The position numbers and the translations under genes were made by a program. Of a stretch of 64,000 nt of DNA, positions 1 to 10,934 are shown one piece after another; position 1 is the first letter of the stretch, and each line of letters begins with the position of its first letter. Source of the DNA: Paraspadella gotoi (Eukaryota; Animalia; Chaetognatha); contig CM119269.1 in the NCBI GenBank assembly GCA_051294375.1, positions 6,123,919 to 6,187,918 on the forward strand. Direction: 5' to 3'. The notes under the pieces are model-generated. The model saw only the letters and a list, made by a program, of their open reading frames with translations, searched no databases and was not told where the DNA came from.

Positions 1-140
1 CGTCTTCCACATTGGACTTCCACATTCGTCTTCCACATTCGCGCCCTGCTGATTCTCGGACGAGTAGCAGGTTATGAAATACTACCGCTACATATCTCCA
101 CGTTACGCTCAAATTATAATCTTCCTTTTTCCGTTTTCGC

Positions 141-181
<41 letters not shown>

Positions 182-241
182 TGTATGATGATGATGATTG
201 ATGATGATGATGATGATGATGATGATGTGATGATTGATGAT
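141..241. repeat. (ATG)n microsatellite
   Basis: Near-perfect atgatgatg run. Confidence 0.95.
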
Positions 242-460
242 CTCTTTTTATGATTGCGTTTTGACGGACTCACTCTCACTCTCTCTCTAAGTCTCTCCCT
301 GTGTCTCTCTCTTTGTCCCTCTCTTCCACGCTATATCTTTCTTTCTCTCCGTATGTAGGAACAAAGGGTAAAAACAGAGTGAATACAAAAAGGTTAAGAG
401 AAACGGAAATAAGTCGTGTGTGTCTCAGTGTCTCTTCTGTTTATTTCTCCCTCACTTTAT

Positions 461-483
461 CTTCTTCTTCTTCTTCTTCTTCT

Positions 484-560
<77 letters not shown>

Positions 561-603
561 TCTCTTTCTCTCTCTCTCACTCTCTCTTTCTTCTCTCTCT
601 CTC
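461..603. repeat. (CTT)n/(CT)n compound microsatellite
   Basis: Direct reading; source of the spurious SLSL ORFs. Confidence 0.95.
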
Positions 604-1863
604 ACGTCTTCTCAATTCTCTCCTCTCTTCTTCAAACAATACAGCGACCCTCCACTTTTTTTTCACTTCGCGTGAAAAACCATTTGACGTCGATTGGAAT
701 CGAAAAAAAAATGGCGTCGAAAGAAGAGATGGAATGATTGCTGCTTGCGACGGACGGTGAAAAAAAAAGTAGGTGCTTGGCTGCTTGGTGAGTCCATAAA
801 TTTTTTTTTCCTCTTCGATTCGCGCGAAGCGTGAAATGGTTTCACTCGTCGTTGGGTCCATAAATTCTCATCGTCAGAGATTTCTGGTTAATCACAATCG
901 TGGTTATATTAAATGTTTAATGTTCAATTGTTCACACGAAATAAACTTTTTTATTGTGCTCATAGTTATTAATTTGATGAAAATATGGTCCCAAACAAGT
1001 ACTGAATGTTGAAGTTATTTTTACATGATTTTTACATTTGTGTCCCTAATTCACAATGATGGTACAAAGCGACAGTAAGGCTCGGGGGGTCTGGACATTG
1101 TAAAGACGATCACCAGACCTGCTGAACCAAAGTGGTTATATATATTTTTTTTAAATCGCTTACTCTATTTTTTTTATCTTTGTCTTTTTATTTCATTTTT
1201 TTCCCTTTTATTTCAACCTTCTTTCATTCTTTCTTTAGCTTAGGTTCTTTTAATATGTTAAGTGCAAAAGACAAAGGATGAAGTCTATTCATTATTCATT
1301 GATTGTCGTTAGCATAATAGTTAGTTATCTTGAGTAGGTTAATGATTATGTACAATACTTAAGTCTCTCTGTTAACACGCAGTAGGGTTTTTTTATATTT
1401 CGTAAGATTTAGACAAACAAAAGGGGAAAAGTTTGACTCCCATTTAAAAAAAAAATACATGAAAGCGGATAAGTCAATCCCCCGGATCATTCATTACCCG
1501 GAGATAAGGTAAGTTGAGATTGAGTGAGTTCCACTTCATTTTCCCTTTCCGCTCCGAACGAAGCATCGAGGGTCCGTTTTCTCCGAGGGCCTGATCTCTC
1601 GCGCTGGGAGATAAACCTCGGGAGAGAGAAGAGAGAAGAAGCCCCTTCGTCGGCGATTCCTGTGCGGGGCGGAGAGGGGGACAAGGGTGGGAGGGGAGAT
1701 TGTTGGGGAGAGATCGAGCGAGGGGGTGTGTGGTTAAGTCGGCGGGAACGGATGAAGATGCCCCGCCAGAGTTCGGCCGAGAGAGGGCAAGGGCGTGGCC
1801 ATTCACTCATTCGACGAGAATCCTTCCTCTTTTTCTTTCTCTCATTTTCTTTTTTGAGTTTTC

Positions 1864-1870
<7 letters not shown>

Positions 1871-1920
<50 letters not shown>
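1871..1920. repeat. (CT)n microsatellite
   Basis: Perfect dinucleotide run. Confidence 0.95.
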
Positions 1921-1924
<4 letters not shown>

Positions 1925-2766
1925 TTGAAAGAAAAAATTGCATGATTGTTAATACATAAATAATACAATTATACAAAGTACATCAGATTATGAATAAAAT
2001 GTTTTAAAGTTATATTTGGAAAAAAAAAAGGTACGAATGACAGAAAATTAATTAATAACGTTGAAAAGTTCTTAAAAGCAGTAAATAGGGTTGCAGTTGT
2101 TCGAATTTTTTATCAAAAGTGTTTTCAGGCCAAAAAGTGCAGTGCATAGAAAATCAATTTCTTACCAGAAACTCAGAAAATAAACTAAACTAAAGACATT
2201 ATATTTGGTGTGTCTAATTTAGAAATGATTCTTATTTTCACTTAACTATGTATTAAAAAATTGAGCACTTTTTTCTATACCATACTTAATATGAGAAAAA
2301 CTACTAGATGTTCAAGAGATACAAATCAAGAATAAGTTAAGAACGTGCTGTCACTCAGCCAAAATCGGGTAGAGACTTAGAGCGAAGCGAAAATCTTTCC
2401 TATGTTTATGTTCTTCCAAGTTCAAAGTAATATTTTAGTTTTAAAGTTAAATATTTTTGGACTTTGTGACACTTATAAATTTTTTCTTTAATTTGCAGCA
2501 AAAACTGAAAAAAAAATTAGAAAGGAATCGAAAACCATGAAATTGTATTCTCATTCATAAATTAAAATAAAATATTTGTTCTTTCGTTGCGTTTAAGATT
2601 AGAAAAGATTAGATTAGAAAACGTAAAATAATAAACTTCTCTTACGTTTTCTAAATAAAATAGTTTGAAAATAATTGACTTTCAGTAATGACAATGAATC
2701 GCTAAAATAATTATCCATCTCTCTCGTCATTTATCACATAAAAAACTATTCTTTCGCCAAAAGAGA

Positions 2767-5390
2767 ATGATCTCTTACCGACTCGTTCGTCGATTAACAT
2801 CGTGCATCCCAATTCTTTCTCTCTTCCTTTTCTTCCTTTTTCTTTTTTACAACTTCTACGCGAAACGACATCTGACGGATTCAAATTGGTTGGTTAAACC
2901 CGACTCCGTCGACGCCTCGATCCCAATGGCGCCTAAAGAAGAAGCTCGGCCAATCGACAAGCCCGAGGCGAAGGGTCCCCGCAAGCTGGTCCTCTTTTGG
3001 CCAGGATTTCCTTCGACGACCCGCTCCAAACCACAGCAACAACAACGACCGTCCACGTGGCGTCCTTTCGCCGATCCCCGTTGCCAGGAGACGCGATGCG
3101 ACGCGACCGACGATCGACTTCGATGGAAAGAAGCCGACGCCGTGGTCGTCTCTGTGGCTGACGTCCGCAGGTGAGAGGGCATGGGGATTGGAGAGAATGG
3201 GCATGGAGAGTATGGGCATGGAGATTGAAGAGAATGGGCGTTGCCGGGTTAGTTCGCGCGTTGGGAAATTTTGGCTCTTCAGTTGTTTCTCGAAGGGTAA
3301 GTTTCCAGTAGCTGGGAATGGAACCTAAAAAGTCCAACAGTTTGGAGTCTGTTGTGATATGTCTGACTCACTTTGAATTTAAGTTTTCTCATTTGAGCAT
3401 TATCCTCTCATGGTAATGGTCCGAGTAATGTTGCTGATAGGGTCAACAATCAGAGAACAGCCAACACCGAAAATTCACAAACAACATACCTACTAATAAC
3501 TTGAACAACATTTAACGACGACAACAACAACAAGAACGCAGAGATTTAACAAAAATCAATCTCAGGAAATGGTCGGTCCGATCCTTGGCCCCTGGATACG
3601 ACCTCCCGCCGTCGAAACCCAAAAGTCAACCTTGGATTTTGTTCAGCCGCGAATCTCCTTATCAAACCTTTGGCGGCGACGACGGCGTCGGCGACGATGA
3701 CGGCGCCGATGACGCCGGCGATGTCGAAGACGACGACGACGGCGGCGGCGACCGCTTGAACAACGTCTTCAATTGGTCCATGACTTATCGGAAGGACAGC
3801 GACATCCCAGTTCCATTCGGAAGGACGAAGNNNNNNNNNNGAAGGGAAGAACAGGAGGAAGAGGAAACGACGAAAAGTTTGACTGGACATCGAACAAGTA
3901 CCGCCTGTTGGGCCGCCTGATACCCGACTGTTCGGATGGAATCAACGCCGGGTCCTCGAACCGCGACGTGTACATCAAACGTCTCGACACCCGCGTCGGC
4001 GTCGACGACGTCGGCGAATGCGGCGCCAAGCGGCGCTGCTCGTTGGCGGAAGGCGCCGCTTGTCTAGCGGAAGCGGCGCGACCTTACAAGTTCCTCCTGG
4101 CTTTCGAGGTCAGAAGTCGCGGGGGCTTTGGTTTTCTTTTTTTTTTTTATTAATTTATTAAAATTGGTTACCCCAATCTATTACTTGAGTTAAGGGAGTG
4201 GTCCTTTTGGACAATTAAAATAGTTTAAAAATATTAAATCTTGAAGCTAATAAAGTAAAATATATATGGGTTGTACCAATTTCATAAAGTAATATTACAA
4301 ACTGTTAAAGATTTTAGATTGAAAGCCTGCTATGTTATTATTTTGTAACCTCCCTTAACAAAGCTCCAAAGACAGGGGTAAGATTGTTTATTTATAGAAA
4401 ATTTGTATATATGTATATTATGGCAACAGCCGGGTTGCCTGTGATGCCCATTGGGATGGGGCATCTCACTGTTGGCTTTGGGGGCTACCGACCCTCAGTG
4501 ACGCCTCCAGTCACTGGCGCGGTTACCCTAGGACGGTCTCGCTTTGCCAACGCAGAGGGAAGTCGTTAGGACTGTGGATGGAACACTACGCCTGGGATGA
4601 TTTATTCCCCCTCTGAGCCAATGGATTTGGCTGTAGGATGGTGGACGTGAGGCGGTGTGAATATACCGCCACAATATACCAATTTCTTACAAACTTATGA
4701 ATTATTAAATTTGAGAAAGTGTATAATAAATAAATAAAATAATCAATAAATTCATTAATACATTAATCATGCAATGTATAAATTGTTTTATGTATTTCTA
4801 AAATTATCCATATCTTTTCTGAGGACGTCCTGTGCCAAGACTTGACCACGAAGGCGTTCTGGTGGGTGTTATCGCGGACGACCGCCGTGCCGGTGGTGTT
4901 CGGAGAGGCGAACTACGCCGCCGACGCACCTCCGAACTCATTCGTCGACGCCCGCAAGTTGAGACCGGAGGACTTGGCCAAGGTTATTTTTAAAAAGTCA
5001 TTAAATAATTAATCATAAAATAATCTCTTTGTGGTGTGAATAAAATATCATGTTTGTTGACTTTGTTTGATAAAAAGAAAAAAATAATCAAGGAAACAGT
5101 TTAACGCTCTCGGTACTATGTAATATGTATATTTAGAATTATTATTAAAAATCCATCAGGAAAAACCTTTTCATTGACTTTGCCTTCAGTTTCTCCTCAA
5201 ACTGGAGTCGGACAACGAAGCCTACGCCGAGCTACACGCCTGGCGAAAAGACTGGGAGATCGTCGACGATCCACTTGGCCAAGGATTCTGCCAACTCTGC
5301 GCCGACTTGCATCGAAATGGAAAGCCCAAGTGGATCGTGAACTTTAAGGATTTCTGGTCGGTGGAGAGAGATTGTGGGGATGGGATGTAA
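2767..5390 (+). CDS. Alpha-1,3-fucosyltransferase-like protein (GT10), divergent; 4 exons
   Basis: Exons 2767-3170, 3566-4108 (contains the N gap), 4824-4982, 5190-5390 join in phase. Type II TM anchor, ADAVV, QPWILFSRESP, FNWSMTYRKDSDIPVPFG, YKFLLAFE..C.D, VPVVFG..Y...APPNSFVD, and C-terminal FCQLC...FW....C all match GT10. Confidence 0.88.
3831..3840. other. Assembly gap (10 N) inside fucosyltransferase exon 2
   Basis: nnnnnnnnnn; the reading frame differs on either side, so the true gap length is unknown. Confidence 0.99.
4170..4385 (-). mobile_element. Degenerate, rearranged copy of dispersed repeat family H (non-autonomous, class uncertain)
   Basis: Reverse complements of blocks from 7321-7798: gaccactcccttaa, tatgaaattggtacaacc, ataatgacatagcagg..ctttcaatc, atcttgcccctg..tttgga. 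Confidence 0.7.
4419..4673 (-). mobile_element. Solo-LTR-like element with degenerate pol III boxes (family L, copy D)
   Basis: Minus-strand termini TGTGGC...GTTGCCATA with a 4-bp ATAT duplication (4415-4418, 4674-4677). Near-identical to 58382-58577 and related to 13462-13718. Confidence 0.8.
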
Positions 5391-6421
5391 AAGGTTTAAT
5401 TCTTCATTGGAGAGAGGTAATAAAAAGAGTTATATTGTGGAAATTAAATGAGACGAGGTTCAGATCGAGAAATATTTATTCTCCAACAAGTAAAAATGCT
5501 AAGTCTAAAACAGTAAACAATAACTTTACAAAGGAACCGTGGTGACAGAGAGTGAGAGAGAGAGGTGAGGTCGCGTGTTGTTGTTGCCACAATATCAATG
5601 TTTCTGTTGTACTGAAATTTCTAAGAGGCAATATTCAACAATTCAGTAAAATATAAAAGTTTATATTAATTTTTAAAAAAGTTTTAAAACTTTATACATC
5701 TATTTTTGAGGGTAAATTAAATTTAATTAATTCGTTTTTTTTTCTCTCGCTCCGTTCAACAATGTTAATCATTAGAGATCGCAACGTGCAAACATTACTG
5801 CTTTTTTTTATTAAGGATTATTAAAAACTTATGATAACTACGAACTGATAATAAAGAAAGAATGAGTCAGAAGCGATAAAGGACGAGCGGAGAAATGATA
5901 ATTCTTCATGGACGACGTCATCCCGACGGAGAAGAAGAAAATTTTGAGGCTAAAAATAGAATATGAGAGGTGGGGGATTGGTCGCCGGACGGAAGGAAAA
6001 GAGAGGGCGGGAAGGAGGGCGGGTGGAGGAAGAGGAAGAGGAAGGGAAGAAGATTTATTTTAAAAAAATTAATACTGTAATCTTGAATGGACAAAAGAAA
6101 AATCAAATGGAAAGTGAAAATTTATCTGTTGAGGTTTAAAGGAAAGCAAGAATTGTATAAAAGGAGAAAAGAAAGAAAGAAAGAAGAAAGGGAGGGACGA
6201 CAAAAAAAAAGCAATAGATAGGACAGGAGAGGATGGGAAGCGAAGAAGAAGATAAGAAGAAAGAAAAATAGGGAAAAAAAGAGAGGAAAAAAGAAAAGAG
6301 AGGAAAAAAAAAGGAAGTCTTGAGTGGTCAATAGAGAAAAGAAGAAGATAAAAGGAGGAAGAGCGGAGAATGGAAGATAGCAGGCAAGGGGGTCGTAATG
6401 AGGAGGAGAAGGAGGAATACT

Positions 6422-6422
<1 letters not shown>

Positions 6423-6486
<64 letters not shown>
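6423..6486. repeat. (GA)n microsatellite
   Basis: Perfect dinucleotide run. Confidence 0.95.
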
Positions 6487-6488
<2 letters not shown>

Positions 6489-7241
6489 TCTCGGCCCGGT
6501 CACAAAGTCACGATCGGGCAATGAGCCGTGTGATCTTCGTCGGAGCGAATCGCTGTTTAGGCAAACGTGAATTCGAACGAAAACGATTTTCGAGCGAAAA
6601 ACTCTTTCTGTTTTTTTTTGTTTTTTGTTGTTTTTTTGTTGTTTTTTTTTCTCATCATTTCTTAGAAATGCATTAATGTCGTTTGAATACTGATTTTTCC
6701 CTTTTTTTGATTTATCTCTCCGACTAGTAATTCTGGGTCAAAAGATAGATTACCTGAGTAGTAGCTTCACAGAAAAGAATTCCATTCACTTTAAATTTTT
6801 AGGAAAGATTTTATGTCCCGAATTCGATGAAAATATAAAAACTAAAAATACTTAAGAATGAAATTTTCTATTCATATTCGTTTTGTTTGGCCAAATAAAA
6901 ATATGCATCTCCGCAGATGTTAACTAAATGAAACACCAAAAATACTAAACGACGTATCTTTTATTGTGCTAGTATTGACGTTATAAGTCTTGAGCAATAA
7001 CCGCAGCCCAGTCGGAAAAACTAGCGATCTGTGAATAAAAATTCACATACTAAAAATGCACTTACTAAAATGTTAATGAAAAAATGTTAATATTATGTTT
7101 TTGCGAACCGACTAACAGTAATACGATGATAGTAAAAAAAAAATCACAATTCTAAACTAAAATTGAGACTCACGTTCGGCGACATTTAAATCTTAACTCG
7201 AGGATCGATTTCGATTTTTTACAAAAATAAAACCAAAAAAA

Positions 7242-9212
7242 ATGCGATTCATTCACGTGATTTTATTTATTTTCTTCGTCGTCTTTTCAACACAAGGTCA
7301 AGGTATAGTGTAATTTTAAATATGAAATTGGTACAACCAATATAAAAATTATCATCTTAATCTTATATCTTGCCCCTGACTTTGGACAGGCTTTGGTGGT
7401 TTAAGGCCTCCATCACTCTTACAAGATAATGACATTAAGACTCTCTCACAGTCTCGTTTATTCACTCCCAGAGTACCTGGCTTCCCTATCAATGAAGTGG
7501 TATAATATTCAAAGAATGTTTCAATTGTATGAAAAGACCACTCCCTTAAGTATTAGATCGGGGAATACTTATTGTACTCCGCACTAGCATCTAAATACAA
7601 GGAGCTGAATTTTATGAAATTGGTACAACCAATATAAAAATTATCCATTCATTTAATAAATAAGCTATCTTGCCCCTGACTTTGGACAGGCTTTGGTGGT
7701 TTAAGGCCTCCATCACTCTTACAAGATAATGACATAGCAGGTCCCTGCAAGCTTTCAATCAAGACTCTCTCTCACAGTCTCGTTTATTCACTCCCAGAAT
7801 GTAATTTTACTTTAACCCTCTATTTCAAGAAGATAACACTAACAACTCTCTCCCATTAATAATATTATATTTTCAGATTTAGATTATCAAAAACCAAAAT
7901 TAGTCAAATAATAAAAATAAAAAATATATAGAATTTGTAATAAATAATTTTAATTAATATTATAAAATCTAAAACTTATAATAGTGAAACAAGTAATTTC
8001 ATAATTTTCAAATTGGCTGATTTGAGAACGGGGGGCTAATTAGATTTTGCCTAAGAGGGCAAATAATGAGTCGTTGTTTTGCAGAAGACGACATCGAGAA
8101 GCCAAGGCCATGGCGTATCGATGACCGGATCGATGACCGGATCGATGACCGGATCGATGACCGGATCGATGACCGGATCGATGGCCGGATCGATAGCCAT
8201 TTCGATGGCCGGATCGATGGCCGGATCAAAGGCCTAAATCAGACGGAGCTCGAGAAGATTTGGCTAAGAATTCTGGACAAATATCTTGAAGAGAAATTTG
8301 AAAAGGAAATCGAAGTTGAGGTAAATTTTTTGAAATCAGGAGAAATCAATATTTATTAGAATTACTTAATTCTCGTTGAATGAGCTTATTGCTGCTTACA
8401 AATCCCCAGAAACGGAAGCCTCTTGGATGGGACGATCAAGAACCGATCATCAGTTGCCGGTTAAACTCGTTGTGGGCTTGCAGCGAACTCGCCAAAATAA
8501 ATCCCTCCCGAGTTTGCTTAAATTATAAACAAAGGTGACGTGGCCTACTCAATAGTTATAAAAGATATACAAGTATAGTCTATTATAAGATATAAATTGT
8601 GTAAATTCAGTTTCGTTGCGTTTATATTTAGGATAACGAAGGCTTATCAGCGCAAATTAATTATTCTAAAGATATTTAAAAATTATGGTAAAAATTACGA
8701 TTTGTATTTCAATCCACCTCTCCAAGTCACGGTGCTCTAACTTCGAATAATGTTTGTTAAGGGGGCATGGGTTTTTCCATGCTAATTATTACGAATTAAG
8801 GTAATAATGTTTCTGACGCTCGAAACAAAACTCGCCAAATTATTAAAATGCATCAATTGAATAACATTAATATGAAAGGAAGATAGTAGTATCCCACTAA
8901 CCTACTATCCTACATTATTCCTTGGAATAATGCGATTACAAACCAGATGTTATTCTTATGTTAAACGAATCACAAATCGAAGATCACTGATTTTAATACA
9001 TTTTTTACCAAAGATGTCAAAGAATCTGCGACGAACGTTACCCCGAGATTAAACCGTCCTCGGGATGTCTTCGGGGAGACCTTTCTCAGTTCTGTCCCTA
9101 CCACGCCCTCAGAAATGGAATGGACGGCGACAAACGTTTCTGTGGCAAGGTCAAAAACAGAAAACATTGTTGTTACTCTTGTAGCAAATATACCACAACT
9201 CCGAAGACATGA
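7242..9212 (+). CDS. Secreted cysteine-rich precursor (signal peptide, acidic RIDD-repeat propeptide, KR site, two ShK/PLAC-like modules); 206 aa
   Basis: Exons 7242-7302, 8085-8320, 8410-8534, 9014-9212 join through GT-AG introns in phases 1, 0, 2 with no stop. N-terminus MRFIHVILFIFFVVFSTQGQ; C-terminus CLRGDLSQFC...C...CCYSC; AATAAA downstream at ~9235 and ~9343. Confidence 0.75.
7321..7798 (+). mobile_element. Two tandem copies of dispersed repeat family H
   Basis: 7321-7563 and 7613-7798 share tatgaaattggtacaaccaatataaaaattatc...tatcttgcccctgactttggacaggctttggtggtttaaggcc...; a further copy lies at 35527. Confidence 0.85.
8117..8227 (+). repeat. Coding 12-bp minisatellite (ATCGATGACCGG)n encoding IDDR/IDGR
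   Basis: About 9 tandem units with no spacers. Confidence 0.92.
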
Positions 9213-9705
9213 ATTCATTTTCTCGAAGTTAAAAAATAAAAAAAACCAGAAATACTATTGGTTTTGTTTTTTATATCAATATATTACTGTTATTTTGTTT
9301 TCTTTCATCAGTTTTAAATGTAATAATTTAAGAGTAATTTAAAATAAAGATTTCATCCATTTTTAGTCTTTCCTTGAATATAATAAAATCGATTAAAATA
9401 CGTCGTTGATCGGGTCATCTATTTTTACATTTGATTACATTGAAGCACAACAACTCCGGGTTCTAAACCTTGAAAACGACTTGAAAAGAACGAAAAGGTA
9501 ATCACACTTTCGTTCTCACCATTCGGACAAAAGGCCGAACTCACATCACTTAACTCAAATTTTAGTCAAGGTCGGTTGAGGCCAAATTTTATTTTGTTAG
9601 TTGAACGAATTAAAAAAATATTAAAATTTCCAAACTAAAAACTTATTTTCCTCTTCCCCTCCCAATCTCAAATGACCACGTGACCAGTTTTGTAAATCGT
9701 CAGAA

Positions 9706-9736
9706 TTTGACAGCTTTTGACTCAAAAGCTGTCAAA
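9706..9736. repeat. Perfect 15+1+15 bp palindrome
   Basis: tttgacagcttttga-c-tcaaaagctgtcaaa. Confidence 0.9.
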
Positions 9737-10151
9737 ATTATAAAATAATATTAATTCGGTTGTCTGGATTCCTTCTGAACCCAATACAATACAATACGAT
9801 ATTGTTGACATTAGATTGAGTTTTAACGTCTTCGTATTTTTCGTGATTACTGCCTTTCCCAAATTTCCGATTCATTAAAAATCGTGAAATTTTCCCATTT
9901 TTACATTCACACTCGTTTATTAAAGTGACGTTCGACTCCCCTTAAGCTGGACTCGAATTTATGTTCCCTTTAAACCCCCAACTGTTCCGTCGGTTCGACT
10001 CCATTCATTCCGCGGTTTCAATTCATCTGCATAAAAATTTCACAGCGACGAAGACTCACGTGAGACGAGGGAGGGATTCACAGGAGACTTGGACGCTTTT
10101 CTTCGATTGTGAATAAAAAGCTGAGAAGATCGTTGGAGCGAAAAACCATCA

Positions 10152-10183
<32 letters not shown>

Positions 10184-10878
10184 TCCGTCGCTTTGTATAT
10201 TCCGCCAATAAAACGGATCGCGGGAGAAAAAATTAACGTTAATTGAATGAAGTGAAGAAAATGATTATCATAATGAGACGGCCAGTGGATGGCGGCCAGG
10301 CGGTGGCGGCGGCGGCGGCTGCCATCCGCGTTCGGCTGCGAAGCGTAACCGCGTCTTTAACAATCTATCGCGGTTTTCCTCACACCATGAGCTTCGCTCA
10401 CCATACATCATCACGTGAAGGCGCCGTCCCTTCGCTCTACTTTTTTTTCTCCTTTTATTTTTCTCTTCTTTTTTTTTTTCTTTTCTTTCTCTTCTTATCT
10501 TTTTCTCTCTTCTTTTCTATTCTTCTCTTGTTCGATTTTCTTTGGAGAGTTCCTCTGGAATTCCTAACATCGTCGATCCACACGTTATTTTCTACTTTTT
10601 TATTCCTTTAATGTTTTTTACTCTTTTACGAAGTCAAAGACTATCACAATCTCACATCAGAAACCGAGGGCAGATAATATTTTTAACCTCGTGTTGTGTG
10701 GATGCTCCCTCTATTTTTAGAAGACAACACTAACATCCCTGTCTTTATAAAACAAATATATTAAGTAAAACTGATGAATATATTTAAAATATTTAAAGTA
10801 TATTTAACTTTATAGAATTGTTTTTAATTTAGTTTAATTTAGTTTTCTCCTTGTTCTCTCTTTTCTTTTTCTCCGATT

Positions 10879-10934
10879 CCTCCTCACTCCTCACTCCTCA
10901 CTCCTCACTCCTCACTCCTCACTCCTCACTCCTC
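10879..10934. repeat. (ACTCCTC)n heptamer repeat
   Basis: About 7 tandem units. Confidence 0.9.

Noticed and set aside
3820-3850. Frameshift in the fucosyltransferase
   Set aside because: It coincides with a 10-N assembly gap of unknown true length.
8117-8227. CRISPR-like repeat
   Set aside because: Spacer-less 12-bp tandem repeat in a eukaryotic coding exon.
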